This document shows, one piece after another, positions 9,474 through 21,154 of a stretch of DNA of 64,000 nucleotides; within the stretch, counting starts at the first letter, position 1; the number at the start of each line of letters is the position of its first letter. The notes under the pieces are model-generated. The model was not told the origin of the DNA and did not search any database. It saw only the letters and a list, made by a program, of their open reading frames with translations. This stretch comes from an uncultured Myxococcales bacterium. GTDB lineage: Bacteria > Myxococcota_A > Polyangia > Fen-1088. Location of the stretch: assembly GCA_964647025.1 (NCBI GenBank), contig CAZYFU010000001.1, positions 66,964-130,963 on the forward strand, in the 5' to 3' direction. The position numbers and the translations under genes are program-made.

Positions 9474-10061
9474 GTGACTAGTTTTGCCGCCGTCGCCTCG
9501 GATGCGGGCTTTTCAGGGGAAAGCTCCCACGCCCAAGACCCACCACGAATCGTCGCCACGCAGCCTGGCGCCTACAGCCGCGAGCGCAGAATCCTGCGCG
9601 TACGCGCCGCCACGTTTCCCAGGCGTATCGCTGCGTCGCTCGTCGACCTCTTGCTGGTCTCCACCGTTTCCACAGGCGTGTCCGCGCTGGCCGCGGTGGT
9701 GCTTGGCATTCACTTGCCGACTGCCAAGGAGTTCGGCGCCGATTTCGTGCTGGCGGGACTGCTGGACCGCAATCCGATGGTGGCGGGCGGCGTGGGCCTT
9801 TTCTTCGGTATAAGTGGCCTCTATCAGATCTATCTCGGCGGGATCTTGGGACAGACCCTTGGCAAGCGCCTCCTGCGTATTCGCGTGATCTCGTCGCGCG
9901 GCCAGGCGCCCGGGCCGGTTCTGGCGAGCCTTCGATTCGTGACCATGGGTCTGTCGCTGGGCCTGCTTGGCCTCGGCTGGCTTTGGTGTATCTTCGATCG
10001 CGAGCGCCGCGCCTTGCACGACCACCTGTCGGGCAGCTACGTCATCGTCGACGAACGTTAG
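9474..10061 (+). CDS. RDD family membrane protein
   Basis: RDD-type layout: R..D near the first TM (PRRIAASLVDLLL), 3 TM segments, and a C-terminal RRALHDHLSGSYV. The GTG start is uncertain. Confidence 0.65.
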   Translation: MTSFAAVASDAGFSGESSHAQDPPRIVATQPGAYSRERRILRVRAATFPRRIAASLVDLLLVSTVSTGVSALAAVVLGIHLPTAKEFGADFVLAGLLDRNPMVAGGVGLFFGISGLYQIYLGGILGQTLGKRLLRIRVISSRGQAPGPVLASLRFVTMGLSLGLLGLGWLWCIFDRERRALHDHLSGSYVIVDER

Positions 10062-10097
10062 GCGGGGAAGCTCGAACGAAGCCCCACGCATAAGCCC

Positions 10098-11213
10098 ATG
10101 CCTTTGTCAGAGATTGCCCAGGCCCTCGTCCGCCGTGGTGTGATCACGCGGGACGCTGGCATCGAGGCCGAGCAACGCAAGAAGCTCTACGGCGGAGGGC
10201 TCGATACGGCGCTGTTGGAGTTGCGGGCCACGGATGAAGAGACCCTGTCGAGCCACCTCTCGGAGATCATCGGCATCCCGCTGGTCTCGCCTCGGATGCT
10301 GGGCGCCTTGCCCGACCCGGCGGCGAAGCAGTGGATCGAGCCCGCGACCGCACAGAAGCTCGGGGCGGCGCCGTTTGCAAAGCACAAGGACGCACTCGAC
10401 GTCTGGGTGCGGCCCGAGCACGACTACGACGGACTTCTGGCGTGGTCGGAAAAGCGAGCGCTGCTGGTCGAGCCGTTCCTCGTTTGCGAGGTCCGGTTCC
10501 GGGCACTCTTGCGTGCGGTCTATGGCCTACCGGTGCCTCCGCGTTACCTTGCGCTGTTGGTCAAGCTGGTGGGCGTGGCGGACGCGCGAAAGGCCGTGGG
10601 CGAGACAGACAGGCTGGAGATGCGCACGCCGACACCGGTCGTGGTGGGCGTGGATCCCGTGGATACCTTCGTCGCGGCGGCCCGGCTGGGAGATGCCGCG
10701 GCTCGCAAGTCAGCACTGCGTCACCTGACCGGCCGACTCGGGGATCCCCGGGTCATCGAGCTCCGGAGGGCCTTCGAAAAGAAGGCACACGACAAAGACC
10801 CCAAGGTGGCCACCACCGCCCTGCAAGCGCTTGCCCAGCTACGGGACAAGAATGCCGTTCCGGCCATCATCGAGCGGCTCGACGTCGGAGATGGCGCCGT
10901 CGCGGCAGCCGCACAGGCCGCGCTGGTCGCTTTGACATGTGAGGACCTGGGCCGAAAGACCAAGCGGTGGCTCGACTGGTGGGACGAGATGGGCAGCCTA
11001 TCCCGTATCGAGTGGCTCCTGGAAGGGCTCGCCCACAGGAGCCCGGAGCTGCGCCTTTCGGCCTCGAACGAGCTGTATGAGGTCTGCGGGGAGTACTTCG
11101 GGTACCACTACGACTTGCCGGAGCGCGAACGCGAGGAGGCTCGGCGACGCTGGATAGCATGGTGGCAGAACCAGCAGGCTAGCCCCGCGGTCAAAGGTCC
11201 GCGATCGCCCTAA
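10098..11213 (+). CDS. hypothetical protein, GspE-N/MshEN-like N-terminus plus HEAT-like repeats
   Basis: N-terminus LSEIAQALVRRGVITRDAGIEAEQ resembles T2SSE_N-type helices. The C-terminal half has HEAT-like repeats (ALQALAQLRDKNAVPAIIERL). Confidence 0.55.
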   Translation: MPLSEIAQALVRRGVITRDAGIEAEQRKKLYGGGLDTALLELRATDEETLSSHLSEIIGIPLVSPRMLGALPDPAAKQWIEPATAQKLGAAPFAKHKDALDVWVRPEHDYDGLLAWSEKRALLVEPFLVCEVRFRALLRAVYGLPVPPRYLALLVKLVGVADARKAVGETDRLEMRTPTPVVVGVDPVDTFVAAARLGDAAARKSALRHLTGRLGDPRVIELRRAFEKKAHDKDPKVATTALQALAQLRDKNAVPAIIERLDVGDGAVAAAAQAALVALTCEDLGRKTKRWLDWWDEMGSLSRIEWLLEGLAHRSPELRLSASNELYEVCGEYFGYHYDLPEREREEARRRWIAWWQNQQASPAVKGPRSP

Positions 11214-11261
11214 CATCCGCTCGACACTGCCGCGCAAAGCATGTGGTAGATTCCGCGCCCC

Positions 11262-12860
<1,599 letters not shown>

Positions 12861-12884
12861 CAGCGGCCCAGATGCGGCCCCGGT

Positions 12885-12905
12885 CCCGAGCTGCACCGGC
12901 TCGGG
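12885..12905. terminator. GC-rich hairpin in convergent ffh / PMI intergenic region
   Basis: CCCGAGC-tgcaccg-GCTCGGG, a 7-bp stem with a 7-nt loop. No clear U-tract. Confidence 0.3.
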
Positions 12906-12935
12906 ATCGCACGCCAGAGGATGCCGACGCGCGCC

Positions 12936-13916
12936 TCAGCTGAATCGAGGCGTCGCGACCAGGAGGTCCATCGGACCGTCGGCAAGCTCGATCCGCCAGG
13001 ATCCCGCGTCCGCCGGAACGAGCACGGTCTGCAGAGGCGACAAGGCCACCTTGCCGGCCGGGGTGGAGAGAGCCCCGTGCCCAGCGACGCAGGTGACCAC
13101 GGCGCAAAGCTCCTCGGTTGCCTGGCTCAAAGTCCCACGCACCCGCTGCTCGCGCAGAACGAAGTGAGGGCATTCGACCAACTGGCGCTCTTCGCTGACC
13201 GAATCGAGCGCGCGCCAAGGCTCGGGCGGATGGGGTCCGAAGCCCGTGCGTGAGAAGTCGATGGTCTCCATGGATTCCGTGACATGCAGCGGACGCGGCT
13301 TTCCGTCGAGGCCCAGGCGATCCCAGTCATACACGCGGAAGGTGATGTCCGAAGTCTGTTGGACTTCGTAGAGTAGGCATCCTTCGCCCAGAGCGTGCAC
13401 GGTCCGCGCCGGCAGGAAGAAGACGTCACCCTTGCGGGCGTCGAATCGGTTCAACGTGGCCGCGACCCTATGCTCGGCCAAGGCCCGCTCGAAGTCACCG
13501 CGACCGACGCCGGGCTTGAGCCCTTGGCAGATCTCGCCCCCGTCCGCGAGGAAGAACCAGCATTCGGTCTTGCCGTGCGGTCCGACCCCGAGCTTGCGAG
13601 CGAGCTCGGCGTTGGGATGCACCTGCACGCTAAGTCGCAGCGTCGCGTCGATGAGCTTCACCATCAAGGGAAACTCGCCCCCGGCAAAGCCCCTGCCAAC
13701 CAAGGCCGCCCCGGCCTCGCCCACGATATCGCCGAGGCGCTTCCCAGCGAATGGCCCCTGGGCGACCAGGCTCATGCCGCGTTCATGGTCGGCCAGCTCC
13801 CACGCCTCGCCAATGGGGCCAGCAGGCAGGCTGCGCCCCCACCGCTCCATACGCCGGCCCCCCCAAACCAAGGGTTGGTAGACGGGCCGGAACACGAGCG
13901 GGACACGAACTTCCAT
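12936..13916 (-). CDS. type I phosphomannose isomerase
   Basis: Bacterial class I PMI motifs (PLVWGG, KLIDA..LSVQVHP, GKTECW). Confidence 0.8.
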   Translation of the reverse strand: MEVRVPLVFRPVYQPLVWGGRRMERWGRSLPAGPIGEAWELADHERGMSLVAQGPFAGKRLGDIVGEAGAALVGRGFAGGEFPLMVKLIDATLRLSVQVHPNAELARKLGVGPHGKTECWFFLADGGEICQGLKPGVGRGDFERALAEHRVAATLNRFDARKGDVFFLPARTVHALGEGCLLYEVQQTSDITFRVYDWDRLGLDGKPRPLHVTESMETIDFSRTGFGPHPPEPWRALDSVSEERQLVECPHFVLREQRVRGTLSQATEELCAVVTCVAGHGALSTPAGKVALSPLQTVLVPADAGSWRIELADGPMDLLVATPRFS

Positions 13917-13943
13917 GCGTTGCGAGTCGTTCTTTGACTACAC

Positions 13944-14909
13944 CTAGCAGCCAAAGGCAAGTGCTAGCACAAGTCCCACCAGGCTCAACAACACAAGGAC
14001 ACCGACTGCCGTGGCGACGGCCGGGAGACGATTCGCCGGCGCAGACTTGTCATCGCTTTCAACGGAATCGCCGGACTTCGCTTCGCCGCGGGATCGTTTC
14101 GAGGGCAACAGCACCGTGGTGGAACGCCTGATCGCCTCCGCCTCGGCCTTGGCTTCCTCTGCCTGGATCTGGCGGAGGTAGCGATCCTCCGGATCCATCA
14201 TGCGCAGGCTGGTCCGACCGATGCGAACGATGTCCCCATCGTGCAACCAGCATGCTCCGTCGACACGCCGCCCCTGGACTTTGATGCCGTTCTTCGATTC
14301 CAGATCGCGCAGCGTGACTCCGGCCCCGCTCCTCGCGATGGACGCGTGTTCGCGCGAAACGTCCTCGTCGCACAGCACGAAATCGCAAGACTCCCCTCGA
14401 CCGATGACCAGCGGACGCCCGAAGTACGGAATGGGCAGCTCGCGTCCTGATCCCGGCCCGTCGATACCGACCAAGCGGACCAGCTCGCCTGGAGGACACG
14501 CAGCGAACACGTCATGCACGAGCCGGCGTGCAAGGGTATCGGTGCCGCCCTGAAGGGCAATCTCGTCGCTTGGAAGCTCGCCATCGAAGCGAACGCCGAC
14601 GCCGGCCACATCAATCACCTCGCCTGCGGCGATGGGCAGGGGCGCACCGGATTCAAGGCGTCGATCTCCAATCCGGGTCCCATTGACGCTGCCGAGGTCC
14701 TCGATTCGGTAGCCGTCGCCCTCCCTGAAGAAGCGGGCGTGCCGAGCCGAGACCGCGGGAAAAGGCAGCTCGATGGCGGATCCCGGCCTTCGGCCGATCG
14801 AAACCTCACCCTCTACCAGCGCCACGTCCACCACACGCCAGGGGTCGGCATCCGAGCGCTTCCCCTGCCCTTGGTTGCGCCCGGCGCATACCGAGAAGCG
14901 CAATATCAT
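13944..14909 (-). CDS. double FHA-domain protein with C-terminal membrane anchor
   Basis: Two FHA cores (VSIGRRPGSAIELPF..SARHARF..GSVNGTRI and LVIGRGESCDFVL..SREHASI..SKNGIKV). Terminal TM segment LPAVATAVGVLVLLSLVGLVLALAF. Confidence 0.8.
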   Translation of the reverse strand: MILRFSVCAGRNQGQGKRSDADPWRVVDVALVEGEVSIGRRPGSAIELPFPAVSARHARFFREGDGYRIEDLGSVNGTRIGDRRLESGAPLPIAAGEVIDVAGVGVRFDGELPSDEIALQGGTDTLARRLVHDVFAACPPGELVRLVGIDGPGSGRELPIPYFGRPLVIGRGESCDFVLCDEDVSREHASIARSGAGVTLRDLESKNGIKVQGRRVDGACWLHDGDIVRIGRTSLRMMDPEDRYLRQIQAEEAKAEAEAIRRSTTVLLPSKRSRGEAKSGDSVESDDKSAPANRLPAVATAVGVLVLLSLVGLVLALAFGC

Positions 14910-14918
14910 CGAACTCGA

Positions 14919-15467
14919 TCAGCCGGACGATTCGGCAGGCGTCGGCGCAGCCGCGGTGGCGACCTCGACAGGCGCGGTGGACGGCACAGCCGGCAGCGCC
15001 ACGGGAGCCGGAAGCGGTCCCGGCTCAATCCCGTGCTGCTTCAGGACAGCCAAATAGTGATCCCGCTCGGCGATGGCGCCGAGGAGCTTGGCGCGCATGA
15101 CGTCGTTGTTCTGTTTGAGGCGCGCGATTTCGGAGAGATCGCGTTGGCGAGTCGAATCCGTCTTCGAGGCCCGCGCCAGCGCCTTGAGAAACTCTGCCTG
15201 CGGGACCTCCAAGAACGGCGTCGAGCGGTACTTGCCGGTCTCGACCTTCTCCAGATAGCCCTCGGCCGCGAGCCCCAGGAGGGCGCGCGAAACCGCGGCT
15301 TCGCCGGCCCCGATGGCCATGGAGACGTCGACTGGCGTGAACACCTGTCCGCTTTGGGCGTGCTTCTTGAGCTCGTCGAAGAACTCCTGGCGCCCGAGTT
15401 TGTTCGCCGAGTCCCCGCCCGGACCGGACGCGGATCGTGTGCTGGAATGGCTGCGCTTGAGACTCAT
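14919..15467 (-). CDS. hypothetical protein, winged-helix-like plus coiled coil
   Basis: wHTH-like segment (VDVSMAIGAGEAAVSRALLGLAAEGYLEKV). Ends 9 nt before the FHA gene start. Pro/Ala-rich tail. Confidence 0.6.
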   Translation of the reverse strand: MSLKRSHSSTRSASGPGGDSANKLGRQEFFDELKKHAQSGQVFTPVDVSMAIGAGEAAVSRALLGLAAEGYLEKVETGKYRSTPFLEVPQAEFLKALARASKTDSTRQRDLSEIARLKQNNDVMRAKLLGAIAERDHYLAVLKQHGIEPGPLPAPVALPAVPSTAPVEVATAAAPTPAESSG

Positions 15468-15561
15468 ATTCTCCCCCGCAAAACAGGTTACCGACCCGCT
15501 TTATACATCAAACCGGGTTGCCCCGGCTCCACTTTGTCTCCCCCGCTCCTTCGCAGGGATC

Positions 15562-16638
15562 TCAGCGCTTGCGCCGGCGCCGAGAGGCGGGAGCAGCCTC
15601 GGCCGGTCCCGAGAGAGGCTGCTCCCACAGGCGCAGTGCCGAGGGATCCGCCTTGTACTTGCGCAGCAGCGACACGAGCAACGCAACGCCAGCCACGACC
15701 GACACGATGCCGATGAACTGCGACGTGGACAGGAAGCCGACGTTGCCGCGGTCGGAATCACCGCGGAAGATCTCGATGATCGGGCGAAGCGTGCCGTATC
15801 CGATGACCCAGGCGAGGAACGACTCTCCGGAGAATCGGCGGGAGCGGCGCAGGTACATGGCCAGAGCAAACACGGCGAGCGCAGCCAGCGATTCGTAGAT
15901 CTGCGTCGGATGCACCGGAAACGAGACCGGTGAGTCCTTGTCGAGCCCGAAGTGGGCCACGTGGTCCTGCCAAGCGGGAGCATTCTGCGGAAACCGGATC
16001 GCCCACGGAACGTCGGAGCGGCGGCCATAGTCGCAACCGAACAGCAAGCAGCCGACACGCGTGATCGCCGTGCCGAGAACCACGGCTGGTGCCGACACAT
16101 CGGCCCACCGTAAAAGCTGAATCTTGCGCTTGTGGCAGCCATACCAGCTGGCGAGGAAGCCGCCGATCATGCCGCCGTACGCGACGAGCCCGCCCTTGTT
16201 CAGCAAGAAGACATCGATCGGGTTCTCGAACTCGTGCCACTCCGTGATGACGTACAGCACGCGAGCGCCGACGATCGACCAAACCGCGGTCCACATGTAG
16301 ATGGCGCCGGCTTGCTCGGATGGAATGCCATCCCGCCTGGCGAGGCGCATCACCAGGAACCACCCCACCACCATCGACGTGCCCAGCATGACCCCATACG
16401 AAAAGATCGGGACCGGAAGCCAGTCGTGGGAAAACATTCCTCCTGACGGGATCCACGAATGGCCGCGCAGGCCGAGCAACAGCCACGCGCCCGCGAGTAG
16501 ATAGAACGGCGTCGAGCTCCGCGGCTTCTTGGGATCCAGCCTGCGCGCCCGGGCATTCCAGACTGCCGAGGCCACAGCGAGCACCAGTGCGAGCACGAAC
16601 AGCGGCTTGGACGGGATCTGAGCGAGGATCTGCAGCAT
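15562..16638 (-). CDS. lgt: prolipoprotein diacylglyceryl transferase
   Basis: Lgt core (FSYGVMLGTSMVVGW, GGLVAYGGMIGG, RVGCLLFGCDYG). It carries a ~67-aa N-terminal extension with TM-like segments; an alternative start is the ATG at 16437. Confidence 0.85.
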   Translation of the reverse strand: MLQILAQIPSKPLFVLALVLAVASAVWNARARRLDPKKPRSSTPFYLLAGAWLLLGLRGHSWIPSGGMFSHDWLPVPIFSYGVMLGTSMVVGWFLVMRLARRDGIPSEQAGAIYMWTAVWSIVGARVLYVITEWHEFENPIDVFLLNKGGLVAYGGMIGGFLASWYGCHKRKIQLLRWADVSAPAVVLGTAITRVGCLLFGCDYGRRSDVPWAIRFPQNAPAWQDHVAHFGLDKDSPVSFPVHPTQIYESLAALAVFALAMYLRRSRRFSGESFLAWVIGYGTLRPIIEIFRGDSDRGNVGFLSTSQFIGIVSVVAGVALLVSLLRKYKADPSALRLWEQPLSGPAEAAPASRRRRKR

Positions 16639-16706
16639 TGCAGGGGTTTTACCAGATTTGCCCGCAAGCTTGCGAACCCGCCTCTTGACGAGGCGACGCT
16701 CGAGAA

Positions 16707-16747
16707 TGAGAAAGGGCCGAAGCCGGACGCTGGTCCGACCCCGGCCC
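16707..16747 (-). terminator. putative intrinsic terminator after dnaK
   Basis: On the minus strand, stem arms GGGCCG...CGGCCC (16714-16747) are followed by TTTCTC. It starts 19 nt after the dnaK stop. Confidence 0.45.
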
Positions 16748-16765
16748 GTCTCGAGACGATGCTAG

Positions 16766-18694
16766 TTAATTCTTGGGCGTCTCGGTGTACTCGGCGTCGA
16801 TGACGTCGTCCTTCTTGCCGTCACCGTCACCGGTCGAGCCTGCCCCTGCGGACGGTCCAGCCCCCGCCCCGGGCGCGGCGCCTCCAGCGGCCTTGTAAAG
16901 CGCCTCGGCCATCTTGTGCGAGGCCTTCTCGAGCCGCTCGAACGCGCCCTTGAACACCTCGGGGTCGACCGCCTCCTTGTTCGAATCCAGCGTCGAGCGT
17001 GCGTCCTTGAGGGCATCCTCGAGAACGGTTCGCTCACCGGCCGGGATCTTGTCCTTGTTCTCGTCGAAGTGCTTCTGCACGCTGAACTGCAGGCTCTCCA
17101 GGCGATTGCGAGCTTCGATGGCCTCGCGGCGCTTCTTGTCCTCGGCTTCGTGCTCCTGCGCCTCTTTGGTCATGCGCTGGATCTCGGCCTCGGACAGGCC
17201 AGAAGACGCCGAGATGGTGATCTGCTGCGCCTTGTTCGTGGCCTTGTCCTTGGCGGACACGTTCACGATGCCGTTGGCGTCGATATCGAAGGTGACCTCG
17301 ATCTGCGGCACCCCGCGCGGCGCCGGCAGAATGCCCTCCAAGCCGAACTTGCCGAGCAGACGGTTGTCGTTGGCCATCGGGCGCTCGCCCTGGAACACCT
17401 TCACCTCGACAGATGTCTGGTTGTCCGCGGCGGTCGAGAACACCTCCGACTTCTTGGTCGGGATGGTCGTGTTCCGCGGGATCAGGGGCGTCATCACGCC
17501 GCCCAGGGTCTCGATACCAAGAGAAAGCGGCGTCACGTCGAGGAGGAGCATGTCCTTGACCTCGCCCGAGAGCACGCCGGCCTGAACCGCCGCGCCCAGC
17601 GCCACGACCTCGTCGGCGTTGACGCCCTTGTGGGGATCCTTGCCGAAGAACTCCTTCACGACCTGCTGGACGCGCGGTATGCGCGTGGAACCGCCCACCA
17701 ACACGACCTCGGCGATCTCCGACGCTCGCTTGCCGGCGTCGGCCAGCGCCTTCTTGCTCGGCTCGATGGTGCGCTGGATCAGGTCTTCGATCATCTGCTC
17801 GAGCTTTGCCCGCGACAGCTTGATTTGAAGGTGCTTGGGCCCCGTGGCATCCGCGGTGAGGAACGGCAGGTTGATCTCCGTTTCCATCATCTGCGACAGC
17901 TCGATCTTCGCCTTCTCGGCCGCTTCGCGCAGCCGCTGCAGGACCATCTTGTCCTTCGAAACGTCGATGCCCTGGTCCTTCTTGAACTCGGCGATGAGCC
18001 AATCCATGATCCGCTGGTCGATGTCGTCACCGCCCAAGTGGGTGTCGCCGTTGGTCGAAACGACCTCGACCACGTTCTCACCGACCTCGAGAATCGAGAT
18101 ATCGAACGTGCCACCGCCGAAATCGTACACGGCGATGATCTCGTCCTTCTTCTTGTCGAGGCCATAGGCCAAAGCTGCGGCCGTGGGCTCGTTCACGATG
18201 CGCTTGACGTCGAGACCAGCGATGCGCCCGGCATCCTTGGTGGCCTGGCGTTGCGAGTCATTGAAGTAGGCCGGGACCGTGATGACGGCCTCCGTGACCT
18301 GTGTCCCCAGGTGATCCTCTGCGGCCTTCTTGAGCTTGCCCAAGACCTTGGCCGACACCTCGGGCGGCGTCATCTGTTTGCCACGGATCTCGAAGTCGAC
18401 CTCGCCGTGTGCTCCGCGCACGCTCTTGAACGGCATGCGCTTGATGTCTTCGGCGGCCTCTTCGTAGCGGCGACCGATGAAGCGCTTGGCGGAGAACACG
18501 GTGTTCTCGGGGTTGGTGATCGCTTGCCTGCGTGCAATCTGACCTACCAGGACCTCACCCTTGTCGTCCCACGCCACCACCGACGGGGTCAGCCGACCGC
18601 CCTCCTCGTTGGCGATAACCTTGGGCTCCTTGCCGTCCATGATGGCAACGACCGAGTTGGTGGTCCCGAGGTCAATTCCGATAATCTTTCCCAT
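16766..18694 (-). CDS. dnaK: molecular chaperone DnaK (Hsp70)
   Basis: Unmistakable Hsp70 sequence ([35 protein letters not shown]). Confidence 0.97.
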   Translation of the reverse strand: MGKIIGIDLGTTNSVVAIMDGKEPKVIANEEGGRLTPSVVAWDDKGEVLVGQIARRQAITNPENTVFSAKRFIGRRYEEAAEDIKRMPFKSVRGAHGEVDFEIRGKQMTPPEVSAKVLGKLKKAAEDHLGTQVTEAVITVPAYFNDSQRQATKDAGRIAGLDVKRIVNEPTAAALAYGLDKKKDEIIAVYDFGGGTFDISILEVGENVVEVVSTNGDTHLGGDDIDQRIMDWLIAEFKKDQGIDVSKDKMVLQRLREAAEKAKIELSQMMETEINLPFLTADATGPKHLQIKLSRAKLEQMIEDLIQRTIEPSKKALADAGKRASEIAEVVLVGGSTRIPRVQQVVKEFFGKDPHKGVNADEVVALGAAVQAGVLSGEVKDMLLLDVTPLSLGIETLGGVMTPLIPRNTTIPTKKSEVFSTAADNQTSVEVKVFQGERPMANDNRLLGKFGLEGILPAPRGVPQIEVTFDIDANGIVNVSAKDKATNKAQQITISASSGLSEAEIQRMTKEAQEHEAEDKKRREAIEARNRLESLQFSVQKHFDENKDKIPAGERTVLEDALKDARSTLDSNKEAVDPEVFKGAFERLEKASHKMAEALYKAAGGAAPGAGAGPSAGAGSTGDGDGKKDDVIDAEYTETPKN

Positions 18695-18809
18695 GGTTTT
18701 GCTTCCCTTTGTGCTTGTGTCAGATGGTGGAGTGGTTGCTCCGAGACTCCTGGTTAATCACCCCTGCGAGGGGGTCAAGCATCAACCCTGCCAAGGGGGC
18801 ACCGGGCCG

Positions 18810-20120
18810 TCAGCGGCCGGGTCGAGGCTGCCCGACAAGCTCGAGGTCGGGCCTGAGGCCCAGGGCACGGCGGAGTAGGAACAGCCCCGTCATCTCGGGC
18901 GTCCCAGGGTCGACGAGGCTCCGACTTTCTGCCCGCTCCAGGGCGCGGTCGAGGAGTCGCATCGGTATGGGGCTGGCCGACCAGCGCGCGCGTCCTCCGT
19001 CCATGGCGGGCGAGAAGACGAGAATCACGGCGAGTGTCAGAGCGCCGGCCAAGCGGGCCCGACCAAGCCGGGCCGACACATGAACCAGCCCGACGCAGCC
19101 AAGGACGCAGGTGACAGCGATGGCCATGGGCAGCGCCGCCCGGACCGACAAGGGCCCGCCCGCGAAATCGCCTCCCAGGTTCGCGAAGAGCAGGCAGGTG
19201 GTCAGATTGAGACCAAGGCATGCCGCAATCATCGTGGACTTGGAGAGCAGCAGGACCACCCCGATGAACGCGAGCAGGGCACCCACGGCCCCCACCTGGT
19301 CGGCGAGCTCGACTGCAGTCACCCAAAGAGTGCCACGCCCCTGTGGAACGAAGGTGAACGGTGATACGACGACATCCCCGACCGACAGCGACGTCGAGGA
19401 GGTCGCGCTGGTAGCCAGTGCAAATCCCCCCAACGCCACGACGAAGCAAAGCGGAGCAAACAGCGGCCAGCGTGCCCCTTTGCGCAACGCCCAGACCGCA
19501 AGCCCGGCCAAGACGGGCCAGATCACGGGTCCGGCCATCGAGCCGACCCCGGCCGAAAGCCCCGCCAGGGCGGCGAGGCCGAGCCCGGCGTCGCTGCTCC
19601 GGATATCCCGCAGCAGCGCGACCTCGGCCAGGACCGCCCCGACCAGCAGCGCGAGGGTGAGGGCCGTCGCTCCCGCGGTCGTCCCTGCCTCGAAAGTCGC
19701 TAGGGACAACGCCGCCGCTACCGCCGCGCCGCCAGCCGCGATGGGCTCGTGCAGGAACATGCCCGTATACTGGCGCGCCGTGGGCGGGGGCCGAAACACC
19801 ACGACCAGCTCGATCGCCAGACGGGCAAGCAGCGCCGCGGCCAGCGCCGCCGAAAGGCACGACATCAGGTTCGCCCGCAAAACCAAATCTCCGATGGGCA
19901 CATATCCCAAAAGGCGCGCCAGCAGCAGAACCAGCGGAGCGCCGTGCTCGGCAGTGTCGAGCGATATCTCCGCCGCCACCCGGGGCGCGGCTTCGACGCT
20001 GCCGAGACCGAGAGGAACGCCGGCCGCGTACAGCACGAGGACCAAGGAAAACACGACAGGCTCCAGCGCCGGCCAAGCACGGCCGCGACGAAGCTTGGTC
20101 GTGCGCTGCTCGATCTGCAT
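18810..20120 (-). CDS. polytopic membrane protein (possibly DUF2723/PMT-like glycosyltransferase)
   Basis: More than 10 hydrophobic segments and an Ala/Leu-rich composition. The family call is tentative. Confidence 0.6.
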   Translation of the reverse strand: MQIEQRTTKLRRGRAWPALEPVVFSLVLVLYAAGVPLGLGSVEAAPRVAAEISLDTAEHGAPLVLLLARLLGYVPIGDLVLRANLMSCLSAALAAALLARLAIELVVVFRPPPTARQYTGMFLHEPIAAGGAAVAAALSLATFEAGTTAGATALTLALLVGAVLAEVALLRDIRSSDAGLGLAALAGLSAGVGSMAGPVIWPVLAGLAVWALRKGARWPLFAPLCFVVALGGFALATSATSSTSLSVGDVVVSPFTFVPQGRGTLWVTAVELADQVGAVGALLAFIGVVLLLSKSTMIAACLGLNLTTCLLFANLGGDFAGGPLSVRAALPMAIAVTCVLGCVGLVHVSARLGRARLAGALTLAVILVFSPAMDGGRARWSASPIPMRLLDRALERAESRSLVDPGTPEMTGLFLLRRALGLRPDLELVGQPRPGR

Positions 20121-20203
20121 GGGCGCATCTCACGCGAAAGCACGAACAAAGTCGAGAGCGAGGTTATTTGACGAAGCGGGACCGGCCCGGTATCCCGAAA
20201 GAA

Positions 20204-21154
20204 GTGCAAATCATCCACGGACGCCGCGGCATCATCCCTGCGTTAGGGCGCAGCCTGCGTGCGCCCGTGGTGGCGATCGGGAACTTCGATGGCGTGCATC
20301 TCGGCCATCGCGCCCTGCTCGATCGAGCCAGATGCACAGCCACGGCATCGGGCGGCGAGTCGGTAGCGTTGACCTTCGACCCGCACCCTGCCCGTTTCTT
20401 CGCACCGGCGCTGGCTCCGCCCATGTTGACCACGCTCGAGCGGCGGGCCGAGCTTCTGCACCAGGCTGGCGCCGACGTGGTCTTGGTCGAGCCGTTCACG
20501 GCCGAGCTGGCGCGATTGGACGCCGAGACCTTCGTGGAGGAGGTGCTGGCCAAGGAGATCGGCGCCAGGCACGTGGTGGTCGGCGCAGACTTCAGCTTTG
20601 GCAAAGACCGACGCGGCAACGTCGGCTTGCTCGAATCGCTTGGGTCCCGCGTCGGCATGGGCCTGTCCGTGGTTCCGCAGGTCACCGCCAACGGGGTGGT
20701 TTGTTCGTCGACGAAGATTCGAGAATTCGTTCTCGAAGGCCGGGTCGAGGGCGCACGCATCCTGCTCGGGCGCGACTTCGAGATCGACGGCAAGGTCGTC
20801 CGCGGCTTCGGTCGAGGTCGAACGCTCGGGGTGCCCACGGCGAATCTCGCACAAGACGGAGAGATCCTGCCCAAGCCGGGCGTGTACGCAGGGCGAGCAC
20901 GCCGCCTGGACGGCGATGCCGCCTGGCACGCAGCCGCCATCAGCATCGGCAATAACCCGACCTTCGCCGACAAAGGCGATCCACAATTGCTCGTCGAGGC
21001 ATACCTGCTCGACTTCCAGGGGGACCTGTACGATGCGCGCTTGCGCCTGGCGTTCGTCGCCCACCTGCGCGAGCAGCGTCGCTATGCGGCGGTCGCGGAT
21101 CTCGTCGCCGAGATCCAGCGCGACATCGCCCGAGTCAGGGAGATCTGCACATGA
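20204..21154 (+). CDS. ribF: bifunctional riboflavin kinase / FAD synthetase
   Basis: IGNFDGVHLGH motif, with a C-terminal riboflavin kinase part (GRTLGVPTANL). The GTG at 20204 gives an N-terminus colinear with E. coli RibF, so the track start at 20168 (TTG) is probably too long. Confidence 0.9.
   Translation: MQIIHGRRGIIPALGRSLRAPVVAIGNFDGVHLGHRALLDRARCTATASGGESVALTFDPHPARFFAPALAPPMLTTLERRAELLHQAGADVVLVEPFTAELARLDAETFVEEVLAKEIGARHVVVGADFSFGKDRRGNVGLLESLGSRVGMGLSVVPQVTANGVVCSSTKIREFVLEGRVEGARILLGRDFEIDGKVVRGFGRGRTLGVPTANLAQDGEILPKPGVYAGRARRLDGDAAWHAAAISIGNNPTFADKGDPQLLVEAYLLDFQGDLYDARLRLAFVAHLREQRRYAAVADLVAEIQRDIARVREICT

Noticed and set aside
16916-18757. 613-aa ORF on the plus strand
   Set aside because: It is exactly antisense to dnaK. 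The composition is Arg/Leu/Gly/Asp-rich and low in complexity, typical of a high-GC shadow ORF, and there is no recognisable domain.
18695-18809. Heat-shock (sigma32 or CIRCE) control element upstream of dnaK
   Set aside because: The region has a TTGACC hexamer and a 13-bp inverted repeat (CCCCTGCGAGGGG). There is no acceptable -10, no CCCCATnT box, and no TTAGCACTC-N9-GAGTGCTAA element.
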